DNA of 64,000 nt from an uncultured Holophagae bacterium (GTDB lineage: Bacteria; Acidobacteriota; Thermoanaerobaculia; Thermoanaerobaculales; Sulfomarinibacteraceae), in NCBI GenBank assembly GCA_963801995.1, contig CAWDGW010000017.1, positions 27,690 to 91,689 on the forward strand, in the 5' to 3' direction. This document shows, piece after piece, positions 25,544-34,556 of this stretch. Each line of letters starts with the position of its first letter. Positions within the stretch are counted from its first letter, which is position 1. The notes beneath the pieces are model-generated. The model ran no database searches. It saw only the letters and a program-made list of their open reading frames with translations, and was not told the origin of the DNA. Position numbers and translations under genes: made by a program.

Positions 25544-27760
25544 TCAGCCCACCATCGCGGTCAGTTGGAGCAGGTTTTGGATCCAGAAAACGAAGTGGGC
25601 CACCATCTTGGCGGCGGGTTTTTGGTCTTTCTCGAGGCGAATCGAATTGTTGAGCTGATCAACGTCGAGCATCATGTGATGCTCGGGGTCGACCTCGGCC
25701 GAAACGAGCTTGGCAGGGCGGATCTCGACGTACTTCTTCCAGCGGGAACGGCCGTCCCATTCGTAGCGCAGTTTTTCGCCGTCATCGAAGACCAGCTCGA
25801 CCGTGACCGGGTGGACGAATTCGCCCCGCCGCTCGACCACAACCTCGCTTCGGTATGACTTCTCTTCTTCATCCGGCTCGAGCTCGTCGTCATCGTCCTG
25901 GGCGTCGGATTCGTGACGGTCGGCAACGCCGAGGAGGGTCTTTTGGCCGTCTTCATCCCAGAACCATCCGGCGGGGTCTGGTGCGTGCCGCGAACGCGCC
26001 CTCCGTATCCGGTAGTCGAGTCGGCGGTCGGTGTGAAAGGCCTGGTCCAAAAACCAGCTGATGTCGTCGTCGCACTCTTCGAGGATGATGTCCTTGAAAT
26101 CTCCGGTCGACGGGTGACGGAATCGCCAGGTCTGGAAAAAACGGCGCATGGCGCGGGCAAAGACCTGCTCGCCCATGAGGTGCTCGAGGTGGAGCAAGGT
26201 GATTGCCGGGCGGGAGTAGCTGTTGAGACCATAACTACCGCCGGAACGATAGGACCACGCCGGCTGAACGATCGAGTCGCTGAATCGTCCGTCTCCCAGT
26301 TGCAGCCGATTGAGCTCGAAGGGTGAGACCCTCAGACCGAAGAGTTGGATCATGTACGAGTACTCTTCCTCCATGACCACCGCCTCGTAGAACGAATTGA
26401 TGCCCTCGTCGATCCAGGCCTCCTCGAACTCGTTGGATGCGATCATTCCCTGGAAGAAATTGTGACCGAATTCGTGCACCGTCACCGACTCGGGGGCCAT
26501 CACCCCGCGGAACCCGGGCAGGTCGAGAATCGGGTGGGTGCCGAGGGTGATGAAGGTGGGGTACTCCATCCCGCCCGCGCCCATGGCGCCGCGCGGCGGG
26601 TCGACCATGGTCAGAGTCTTCCATGGATAGGCGCCCAGGGCCAGGCCGTATCCCCGAATCGCGGCCTTGGCCGCCTTCATGTAGCGGTCGGCCTGTTTCC
26701 GATGGGCCGGTTGGAGAAAGAGGGTGATGTCCACAGGCTGAAGCCGCAGTTCTTCGGGGGAGACCGCCAACAACTCCGCCATTCGTTCGGTCTGGGCTCG
26801 TGGAACGTCCGCGTCGGGATCGAATCGGTCTGTGACGACGATGAAATCGGGGCTGGCAGTCCAGGCAAAGTCGTGCACGCCGGGTTGGGAGAAATGCGCC
26901 GTCACCGTTTCGCCATCGATCGATTCCTCCAGCAGGAGGCCGGTTGCTCCGATCTTGCCCGCATATTTGACGGGGAGCTGGAGTTGAACGTCCCAATCTC
27001 CGAAGTCGGCGTAGAACTCGCTGTTCGCGTGAAACTGGTGGGTGTTCCAACCGGGTTCAGGGCGGCCCCGATCACCGGCATCCTCGAAGACGCCGATCTT
27101 CGGGAACCACTGGCCTCCGAGGACAAAATCGCCGTGTACGCCGGTGCGGGCAAAGATCTTCGGCATTTTTGTCTGGAAGTCGATCTCCAGTTCGACCCAT
27201 TCTCCCGGTTGGATCGGTTTCGGCAGTGGATATCGCGCCACGGTCCGATCTTGTTCGTTGCCGTCGTCGGGTCTGATGAACTCCTCCACCTGTTTGAGGT
27301 CGGGTCGTTCATCGACATTCACGGGCTCGGGTTCTCCCGGCACCTCAGGGGAGATGGTTCCGTGAAACGGGTCCGGATGGTCGTCGCTGACGCGACCCGC
27401 CGCAATGAGGTCGGTACCGTATGCCAGACGCATGGAATCGACCTCGATCCAACCCCAACCTTCTTTCGGAATCTCGATGCCCCTCAGCTCGCCGCCGGAC
27501 CCCACCATGAAGGTGCTCCGGTCGTTGGCGAACGCGTTGAGATAGAGGTGGAACTGAAGTTCGTCAACCGGCACAGACGATGTGTTTCGCCAGCGGATGC
27601 GTTCGGTCCCCTGCAGTTGATTTTCTGTGGGTTCAAAGCTCGCGGACATGCTGATCTGGTACACGGGTTCGGGCAGATTCACCTGTGCTTGAACCGACAC
27701 CGAGGTTGCGACCATGATGACCAATGACGCAACGATTCCCTTGGTTCGTTCCGACTGCAT
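25544..27760 (-). CDS. M1-family zinc metallopeptidase (aminopeptidase-N-like), secreted
   Basis: Signal MQSERTKGIVASLVIMVATSVSVQA. The gluzincin site is HEFGHNFFQGMIASNEFEEAWIDEG (HExxH-X18-E). Confidence 0.85.
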   Translation of the reverse strand: MQSERTKGIVASLVIMVATSVSVQAQVNLPEPVYQISMSASFEPTENQLQGTERIRWRNTSSVPVDELQFHLYLNAFANDRSTFMVGSGGELRGIEIPKEGWGWIEVDSMRLAYGTDLIAAGRVSDDHPDPFHGTISPEVPGEPEPVNVDERPDLKQVEEFIRPDDGNEQDRTVARYPLPKPIQPGEWVELEIDFQTKMPKIFARTGVHGDFVLGGQWFPKIGVFEDAGDRGRPEPGWNTHQFHANSEFYADFGDWDVQLQLPVKYAGKIGATGLLLEESIDGETVTAHFSQPGVHDFAWTASPDFIVVTDRFDPDADVPRAQTERMAELLAVSPEELRLQPVDITLFLQPAHRKQADRYMKAAKAAIRGYGLALGAYPWKTLTMVDPPRGAMGAGGMEYPTFITLGTHPILDLPGFRGVMAPESVTVHEFGHNFFQGMIASNEFEEAWIDEGINSFYEAVVMEEEYSYMIQLFGLRVSPFELNRLQLGDGRFSDSIVQPAWSYRSGGSYGLNSYSRPAITLLHLEHLMGEQVFARAMRRFFQTWRFRHPSTGDFKDIILEECDDDISWFLDQAFHTDRRLDYRIRRARSRHAPDPAGWFWDEDGQKTLLGVADRHESDAQDDDDELEPDEEEKSYRSEVVVERRGEFVHPVTVELVFDDGEKLRYEWDGRSRWKKYVEIRPAKLVSAEVDPEHHMMLDVDQLNNSIRLEKDQKPAAKMVAHFVFWIQNLLQLTAMVG

Positions 27761-27926
27761 GCGCCCCCTCCGAAATCCCTCACACAGAAGAACTCTCTTC
27801 GACCTGAAACGTTAACAGGGGGGCTGCCGTGGTCAAAGCACGGAGATCACTTCTTGGTTGATCTGGTGGGCGGTAGTGCATGAATACAAAACGTGGGGTC
27901 CCATATATAGAAAGGCGAGCACGGGT

Positions 27927-28586
27927 ATGGCTCTGGGTGTCCGCCTGAGTGGCTACACGTGGATCGGGTCCCGCGTGCTCGCGGCGGATCGATCGACGCA
28001 GGACGACTGCGTGTTCTCGCCGCCCGATCTCGGAGGATTGATGCAGTTCGGCGATCGGGTCTGCGTGACCGACCACTCCATCGCGTGGTTCGACTACACG
28101 CGCAACGACGGGGTGCCCTTCGGGCCCGCGTTCGGAGCGGACTGGGACCGCTCCGGTGCGCTCGCCGGCTTCTGGACCCTCGATCCCGAGCTCGGAGACT
28201 TTCGCCACTACCGGACCGGGCCCAACGGCTGCGCCTGGCCCCGCAACGAGCTCGTGCCAGGCTCCGCGTCGCCAAACCAGGAGCAGCACTGGTGGGACCG
28301 GTATGCCCCACCGACCGAGCATTCGATCCAGGTCGTCTCGGACTCGCACCGATACTTGTTTTCCTACTACAAGGCGAAGGCCTCTCCGAACTGCTTTGGA
28401 GATTGGCGCTTCGGCCCTAGCCCGCATATCTCACCAGCTTTCTACTGCGGCCGACGATTCGCAGCGCCCAGCGGTGTTTTCTCGCCTCGGGGTGCTCGAC
28501 GTACTGTCGAGTACGCCTCCGCGCCCCTCGGGTCGAAAACCCCACTGGGCACGGCGCCTCGCCGCCCTCGCGACGAAACCTGGTGA
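27927..28586 (+). CDS. hypothetical protein (3' end uncertain, runs into a palindromic repeat)
   Basis: Strong GC3 bias across 27990..28420 in track ORF 27858..28586. No motif recognised and no signal peptide. Confidence 0.35.
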   Translation: MALGVRLSGYTWIGSRVLAADRSTQDDCVFSPPDLGGLMQFGDRVCVTDHSIAWFDYTRNDGVPFGPAFGADWDRSGALAGFWTLDPELGDFRHYRTGPNGCAWPRNELVPGSASPNQEQHWWDRYAPPTEHSIQVVSDSHRYLFSYYKAKASPNCFGDWRFGPSPHISPAFYCGRRFAAPSGVFSPRGARRTVEYASAPLGSKTPLGTAPRRPRDETW

Positions 28587-28596
28587 GATAAGCGGG
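28421..28596. repeat. 176-bp imperfect palindromic (MITE/REPIN-like) element
   Basis: Termini are CCCGCATATCTCACC (28421..28435) and GGTGAGATAAGCGGG (28582..28596). The internal arms are complementary (cccagcggtgttttc...cgagggg...). A third terminal copy, GGTGAGATATGCGGG, lies at 50535..50549. Confidence 0.7.
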
Positions 28597-28641
28597 CTAA
28601 CATAATGGGTGGATCAACCATCAAGGTCAGGTCATTGGAAC

Positions 28642-28878
28642 ATGCCAAAACAACCGGTTCAATCGTCTGTACTCAAAGGGTTTCTCATTCTTTCCTCGGT
28701 TCTCATCCTGGGCATGGCAGTGGTTTTTGTGTTCAACCGGGAGGAAACCACACCAATCGTATGCGCCCAAACGCAGCAAGCTCAGGGCCCTGAAAGCGAG
28801 CGCTGGACCAACAGCATCGGCATGACCTTCGTCGAAGTTTGCGGGACAGTGATCATGAATCACTGCCGCCCGGAATGA
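28642..28878 (+). pseudogene. truncated N-terminal fragment of an FGE-sulfatase (SUMF1-like) domain protein
   Basis: TM anchor VLKGFLILSSVLILGMAVVFVF followed by ERWTNSIGMTFVEV, which matches the usual start of the domain (TNSIGMxFVxIPaG). The ORF stops about 15 aa later and overlaps the convergent thioesterase gene. Confidence 0.4.
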
Positions 28879-29335
28879 GATGTTCGGGCATCTGGACCGC
28901 GACCACCCTCCCACGAGCGCAGACCTCCCCTTCCGCTGAAACGGTTGCCAGAATGACGACCTTACGCCCGGAGACCTCCTCAACCACGCCGCGAATTTCG
29001 AGCGGAACGCCCAGTGGGGTGGGGCGGAGATAGTCCACCTGCAGGGACGCGGTCACAAAGCGGAACGGTGGGTCAGAACCCATCTCCCGCCCTGCCTCCC
29101 GATAGGCGGCGGCGGCCGCAGTCCCGGTGCCGTGGCAATCGATGATCGATGCGATCAAACCGCCATAGACGTAGCCCGGAATCGCGATGTGGTAAGGCTT
29201 TGGGGTGAAAACGGCGACCGTCTCCGCGCCGTCCCAGTGGCTCTTGAGCTGGTGGCCACGTTGGTTGAGCCGGCCGCAACCGTAGCAGTGGGCCAACTCG
29301 TCCGGATAGTGGTCCTGAAAGGCATCGTTTTTCAT
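28853..29335 (-). CDS. PaaI-family (hotdog-fold) thioesterase
   Basis: MKNDAFQDHYPDELAHCYGCGRLN has a Zn-ribbon-like start. The hotdog core is HIAIPGYVYGGLIASIIDCHG. Confidence 0.7.
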   Translation of the reverse strand: MKNDAFQDHYPDELAHCYGCGRLNQRGHQLKSHWDGAETVAVFTPKPYHIAIPGYVYGGLIASIIDCHGTGTAAAAAYREAGREMGSDPPFRFVTASLQVDYLRPTPLGVPLEIRGVVEEVSGRKVVILATVSAEGEVCARGRVVAVQMPEHLIPGGSDS

Positions 29336-29486
29336 GGTGCGGTCCTTCCGCGGTTTGGACGTGCAACCGACCGGTGCGTCCCGCAAATACTATCAGCCCT
29401 CAAGTTGCCTGGTAGGGGGGGCAGTGCAGCGAATCCCACCACATCTCCCGAGTCAGTGCTCGCCATCGCCCGTCATGACCGACGCT

Positions 29487-31454
29487 TCAAACACCTGCGA
29501 TTTCGAGCCCCAACTCCTTCGCAATACGCTCATCCACGTCGCCGCCACCCGTCCATTCCTGAGCGTCGTAATAGGCGTCGAGGATGGCGTCGTGAAAGGC
29601 CTGGTCCACCTTGCGTCCCGCCATGGGTCCGCGGCTCAGCGGCACCGTCAGCTTGGGCGGGGTGAACCCGTCGTAGGCGCGGGTGCGTCCCTGAACCGCG
29701 TTCAGCATCCTCTCCAAGTTGACCGTCCGGCGGCCGCAGCCGACCAACTCGGGGGCGGTGTAGCGGTTGCCGGTGATCGCGTACAGCAGGTCCCTGAAGA
29801 TGTCCGAGGTGACATCGAACGCGAAGAAATCGCAGATGCCCAGCGAGTCGATCACCGCCTTGCCCCACTGGCTCGAGGCGACGTACGGTCCGATCTCCTC
29901 CGGGGTGGTGACGATGCCGGCCTCTTCTACCTGCACCGTCCAGGCGTAGGTGTGGTCTCCACGGCCACGGTTCGAGGTCGCGTAGCAAGCGTTCATGGCC
30001 GGAAACGCCTTGGGTTGGATGCCGGCGTAACCGAGCCCGCCGTAGGCCATCACCATGCACCATTCAACATCCTCGCGGTGGTCGTCTCCGAGACGCTCCA
30101 TCACGGTTCTCGCAGTTCCGTCGGCCGTGTCGCCGAGTAGCTCGCCGAGGCCTTCCTTGGCGTAGGCGATCGCCTCGATGGCGTCGGCCATGGCTTCAGC
30201 GTCGCCGTACGGCAGGGACATGGACATCATGCCGAGAAGCCCCTTGCCGTCGAGGTCCATGGCCGAGGCGATCACCCCGCCGGTGGACATGGTGTCCACA
30301 CCGACTTCGTTGCACAGGTGGTTGAGGTCAACCATGGCCTGGCGGTCGGTGATGCCGCAGTTGATGAACAGGGCCGCGGTCTCGAACTCCGGCCTCGGGT
30401 ACAGTTCGCCGTCCTCGCCCTTGACCAGCCGGGCGCAAATGATCTCGCGACAGCGGGTGCAGATCTTGTACTTGCCCGAGATCTCGAGCAGGGCATCCGT
30501 GCCGACTCCGGCGAAGTCCTCCTCATCGAGGGTCCCTTCATCGAAGTTGTGCCACGGGAGATAGCCGCCCTCCTCTCCAAGATACCCACCCTTGTAGGCT
30601 CGATCCAGCCACCAGGTGGTACCGGTCGTTGGCCGGAAAGAAGCTGTCTGCTGCGGGTCGGCAACCGCCTCCTTGATCGCCCCATCGAGGTCCTTCATTC
30701 GCTGCTTGAACAACTCCTCGTCGTGGAATGTGGTCGACGTGGAACCTGCAAACGAGACGGCGATCAGATTCTTGGCCGCCAGGACCGCGCCGGCGCCACC
30801 GCGGCCGAAATTGCGGTCGAGATCCGAGGTCAGGCAGGCGTACGGCACCCGCGCCCAGCCCGCCGGGCCCGTGTACAGCGACGAGGCTCGCTTGTCGCCG
30901 ACCTTCTCTTTGAGAGCTTCATCCATGGCGTGCGATCGCAGCGGGAAAATCTGGCCACCGACCTCCTCGAAGAGATCCGGCTCGGCGTCGAGAATGCGCA
31001 CCTCGCCGTCGATGACCTCGATGCGCACCGGCGTCTGCGCGCGCCCATCGATGATCAGCTGGTCGATGCCGGACTTCTTGAGTTTGTTGGGCAGCGAACC
31101 GCCGAGGCTCGAGTGGGTCACCAGTCCGTGGACAGGAGGCAGGCCGTCGTCGAGGGGGGCTGTCGATCGGGTCATCGGGCTGAAGAAGCTGGCCGATCCC
31201 CGGCCCGCGGTGTGGATCCGGGTGTCGTTGGGCGCCGAGCAGCCGATGATGATCCGGTTTTCCGGACCCAACGGATCTCGGACCGGGCCACCCAGCTCCT
31301 TGATCCGCTGGGCGAGCAACCAGGTCTGCAGGCCGCGCCCACCGATGAATGCGCGCTCCACCTCGGGATCGCTGTCGACGATCTGAACCGCTCGCGAGCT
31401 CAGGTCCACGAAACCCCAGCGCCCGTTGTAGCCCTTCCGACTGTTTGCAGACAT
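29487..31454 (-). CDS. aldehyde:ferredoxin oxidoreductase (AOR family, tungsto/molybdopterin enzyme)
   Basis: ATG at 31454 after AAGGAGGG. The N-terminus GYNGRWGFVDLSSRAVQIVDSDPEVERAFIGGRGLQTWLL is the classic AOR start. 656 aa, with typical cofactor-region motifs (GLGYAGIQPKAFPAMNACYATSNRGGDH-like). Confidence 0.85.
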   Translation of the reverse strand: MSANSRKGYNGRWGFVDLSSRAVQIVDSDPEVERAFIGGRGLQTWLLAQRIKELGGPVRDPLGPENRIIIGCSAPNDTRIHTAGRGSASFFSPMTRSTAPLDDGLPPVHGLVTHSSLGGSLPNKLKKSGIDQLIIDGRAQTPVRIEVIDGEVRILDAEPDLFEEVGGQIFPLRSHAMDEALKEKVGDKRASSLYTGPAGWARVPYACLTSDLDRNFGRGGAGAVLAAKNLIAVSFAGSTSTTFHDEELFKQRMKDLDGAIKEAVADPQQTASFRPTTGTTWWLDRAYKGGYLGEEGGYLPWHNFDEGTLDEEDFAGVGTDALLEISGKYKICTRCREIICARLVKGEDGELYPRPEFETAALFINCGITDRQAMVDLNHLCNEVGVDTMSTGGVIASAMDLDGKGLLGMMSMSLPYGDAEAMADAIEAIAYAKEGLGELLGDTADGTARTVMERLGDDHREDVEWCMVMAYGGLGYAGIQPKAFPAMNACYATSNRGRGDHTYAWTVQVEEAGIVTTPEEIGPYVASSQWGKAVIDSLGICDFFAFDVTSDIFRDLLYAITGNRYTAPELVGCGRRTVNLERMLNAVQGRTRAYDGFTPPKLTVPLSRGPMAGRKVDQAFHDAILDAYYDAQEWTGGGDVDERIAKELGLEIAGV

Positions 31455-31661
31455 CCCACCCTCCTTTATTCTGTGAATGATATCCCAGCCACGCCGCCGA
31501 TCGACGCCCGGTCGCACCGGCTTCGCAGACCTTCGCGCTCTTTCGTCGCGACCCTGTTGGGGGTTCTGGGGCCGAGAAGGGCGCCCGACCACCGGCGGTC
31601 GAAAATGCGGAACCAGGTCCGGAGACCAATAGCTTGAGTGCCCCACACGTCTCAAACGCAC

Positions 31662-31690
31662 TTGAAACTGAGTCTAAATTTTGATATAAA
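31662..31690 (+). promoter_or_regulatory. sigma-70-like promoter candidate
   Basis: TTGAAA (31662..31667), a 17-nt spacer, then TATAAA (31685..31690). It lies in an unusually AT-rich stretch about 50 nt upstream of the 31740 gene. Confidence 0.45.
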
Positions 31691-31739
31691 ATAGGATCAC
31701 ATACCTAAGGCGCTCGGTTTTTCGGGCCTGGAAATCAAG

Positions 31740-34556
31740 GTGAGGATGGCTTCAATGCGGACGATTCGGTTGTTGGGACTTGTTGGGGGCGTGCTGTTTC
31801 TGCTCACCCGGGGCGCGGTTCTGGTCGAGGCTCAGGAACCACCTGACATTTCCGTGGAAGTTGTGGAAGTTGCGGCCGGGTCGGTCAACTCAAACCCGTC
31901 GGATCCGATCGTGTGGAACGGCCGTGTGTTCTTCTCAGCCGACGACCAGTTTGAGTGCGCCGGCAACATTCCGGGGGAGCCGACAGGGGATGAATTGGGC
32001 GAGTATGGCAGGGAACTCTTCACCGCTGAAATCGGAACCGGACCAATCCTCGTCGACGACATCAACACCAATACCAGTGGAAATTGCGACGGCGTCAGCT
32101 CCCTTGTTCATGAGCAGGCAGCTGGATATGCCGGCGCGCTCCTGTTCAGAGCTCGTGATCGAGCAGGCTCATCAAACTCTACTGGTTGGGAACCGTGGCG
32201 AACAGAGGGCACGCCCGAGACCACTCAGGTTGCGGCCAATATATGGACCGGTTCAGGCCACTCGTACCCCTATGGGATGGCGACCGTTCTCGACGGATCT
32301 CGCGTGGCTTTTGGGGCAACTCACGGTCTGTGGGGCACCGAACCGTGGATCAGCGACGGCACCCAGGGAGGAACCCATCCGACTGGCAACATCGCTGCGG
32401 ACGACTACGACAGCGATCCGCGTTCATTTACGCCGCTGGATTCCACCCGATTTGTCTTTGCCGCCACCGACGACGACGTGTTGGACGAGGAGCTCTACGT
32501 CTCGGACGGCTCGACGTCCACCCTGGTGGCAGACATCAACCCGGCGGCCTTTGTCGGATCGAGCATCCGCTTCCTGACAACCTTCGCGGGCCAATCAAGA
32601 GTGGTCTTCTTTGCGGATGATGGAAGCAGTGGCAGCGAACCCTGGGTCAGCGACGGAACCGCAGGCGGGACATTTCGACTCGCAGACATCAACCCCGGAA
32701 CTGGCTCATCGAACACGACTCCCGAGGACAGTCACAACAAGGTCTTTACCCAGGTGGGCGATCTCATGTTCTTCTCGGCCACCGACGGTGCGACGGGCAA
32801 CGAGCTTTGGGTCACCGACGGGACCGGCGCCGGAACCCGGTTGGTGGCGGAGATCGTGCCTGGCTCGAGCGGCGGGTTCTCCGGGCAAGCCGCCGAATTC
32901 CAGGGCCTTCTTTTCTTTGGAGCGCCGGGAATAGGTTTGTGGACGAGTGATGGAACCGAACTGGGCACCGGTCCGCTGGTGGAGGGGGTTTTCCCTTCTG
33001 CGCTGCGGGAACTCACGGTTGTCGGCGACCTGCTCTACTTTGCCTCGGAGGAGGACCTTTGGGTCTCGGACGGAACCGTATCCGGCACGGTGCAAGTGCA
33101 GACCTTTCCGAACGGCAATGTGCCGCGGGCGCTGACCGCGGTTGGTACGACCATGCTCGCGTTCATCTCGCGGACCGCTGAAAGCGGCGAAGAGATCTTC
33201 CTGGCCTACGACGCGAGCCTCGGTCCCGACACAACGGGCCCGGCAATCGCGATAGGTTTTGCGCCAATTCCGATTGGTGTGTTCGAAGACGGAACCCTTA
33301 CGGGCACCGCGAATGAAGCGAATACGGGCGGTGCCGACATCTCGCTCATCGAGTTCCAGCTCGATGGACTTGATTGGGTACCAATGGAAGCCGCTGATGG
33401 TGCCTATGACTCGCCGCTGGAAACCGGCTTTGAGATCGTCAGCTTTGGGACCGAGGGACTGCACCAAGCGTGCGTGCGGGCCACGGATTCGCTGGGCAAC
33501 CTCGGCGACACGACCTGTATCGACATCCAGGTGGGTGCCGGTGATTCGACTCCGCCGCCACCTCCCACGATGAGTGTCGATCCAAACCCGGTCCTGGTGG
33601 ATGATCCAGCGACATTGAGCGTCACGGCGAGCGACGTGACCACCGGCAACTCTCAGATCCTGATCATCGAGTACAGCGTCGACGGAGGAAACTGGATCTC
33701 CATCCTGACCCCGGTAGACGGCTTCTACGACGAGCCCACCGAAGAGGGTGAGGTGGAGCTCAGTTTCAGCACCGCCGGCGTCCACGCCGTCTGCACTCGA
33801 GCTGCCGACGTTGCCAACAACGTGGGCGATCCGTCCTGCGTCGACGTCCAGGTGGATGCGCCCGAGCCGACCATCCGGTTGCGTGGGATCGAGGTCAACC
33901 AGGTGATCCAGTCGTGGCGCAACGACGTCCCGCTGTATCGCAAGAAGCCGACAGTCGTCCGTGTGTTCCTGGAGAAGGTCGCACCAGATGGGCCGACGGC
34001 CGCCCGCGGATCGCTCCACGGATCGATTGGCGGGTCCCCGTTGCCTGGGAGCCCCCTGCCCTCGGACGGTCTCCGTTTTGCACAGCTCGCCGAAGACGCC
34101 ACGGTGGCGGATGACCCGGAGACTCCCGAGACCAACGAGTCCTGGCGGGCCCACCTCGAGAACAGCCTTCAGTTCACTCTTCCGGACAGCTGGATCGATC
34201 ACGCCGAGGCCGTCGATTTGGAGTTCAGGGTGAGCAGTCCGCTGAATTCCGTTCTCGCCTGTGAAGAGCCGGACGGAAGTCCTGACTGCGTCGCACGGGT
34301 GATCTTCGAGAACGCGGAGCGGCCGCTGATCGAGTTCTTTGCCGCCGCTTACAATCAAAACCACGATTTCAAGCTGGAGGTCAACGCCACCGGCGGGACG
34401 TTCATTCTGAGCAGTGACGGACGCGACAGCGACCCGATCCCCTTCGACGCGACTGTGGAGGAGCTCGAGGACGCGGTTGAAGACGTTTTGAATTCGCGCG
34501 ATGGTCGAGTCCGCGTCTGGTGCGATGAATGTGGATGCGAACCCGCGCGGGTATGA
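31740..34556 (+). CDS. giant secreted ELWxxDGT-repeat protein, N-terminal ORF (probably continuous with 34501..36390)
   Basis: Signal MRTIRLLGLVGGVLFLLTRGAVLVEAQE. Repeated units include EPWISDGTQGGT, ELYVSDGSTSTL, EPWVSDGTAGGT, ELWVTDGTGAGT, GLWTSDGTELGT and DLWVSDGTVSGT, followed by Ig-like segments. Confidence 0.75.
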   Translation: MRMASMRTIRLLGLVGGVLFLLTRGAVLVEAQEPPDISVEVVEVAAGSVNSNPSDPIVWNGRVFFSADDQFECAGNIPGEPTGDELGEYGRELFTAEIGTGPILVDDINTNTSGNCDGVSSLVHEQAAGYAGALLFRARDRAGSSNSTGWEPWRTEGTPETTQVAANIWTGSGHSYPYGMATVLDGSRVAFGATHGLWGTEPWISDGTQGGTHPTGNIAADDYDSDPRSFTPLDSTRFVFAATDDDVLDEELYVSDGSTSTLVADINPAAFVGSSIRFLTTFAGQSRVVFFADDGSSGSEPWVSDGTAGGTFRLADINPGTGSSNTTPEDSHNKVFTQVGDLMFFSATDGATGNELWVTDGTGAGTRLVAEIVPGSSGGFSGQAAEFQGLLFFGAPGIGLWTSDGTELGTGPLVEGVFPSALRELTVVGDLLYFASEEDLWVSDGTVSGTVQVQTFPNGNVPRALTAVGTTMLAFISRTAESGEEIFLAYDASLGPDTTGPAIAIGFAPIPIGVFEDGTLTGTANEANTGGADISLIEFQLDGLDWVPMEAADGAYDSPLETGFEIVSFGTEGLHQACVRATDSLGNLGDTTCIDIQVGAGDSTPPPPPTMSVDPNPVLVDDPATLSVTASDVTTGNSQILIIEYSVDGGNWISILTPVDGFYDEPTEEGEVELSFSTAGVHAVCTRAADVANNVGDPSCVDVQVDAPEPTIRLRGIEVNQVIQSWRNDVPLYRKKPTVVRVFLEKVAPDGPTAARGSLHGSIGGSPLPGSPLPSDGLRFAQLAEDATVADDPETPETNESWRAHLENSLQFTLPDSWIDHAEAVDLEFRVSSPLNSVLACEEPDGSPDCVARVIFENAERPLIEFFAAAYNQNHDFKLEVNATGGTFILSSDGRDSDPIPFDATVEELEDAVEDVLNSRDGRVRVWCDECGCEPARV

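Noticed and set aside
34492-34556. Programmed ribosomal frameshift joining the two ORFs of the ELWxxDGT/metzincin protein
   Set aside because: No slippery X-XXY-YYZ heptamer or obvious downstream pseudoknot or hairpin is visible in the overlap. Given the many other indels in the window, a simple indel is more likely.
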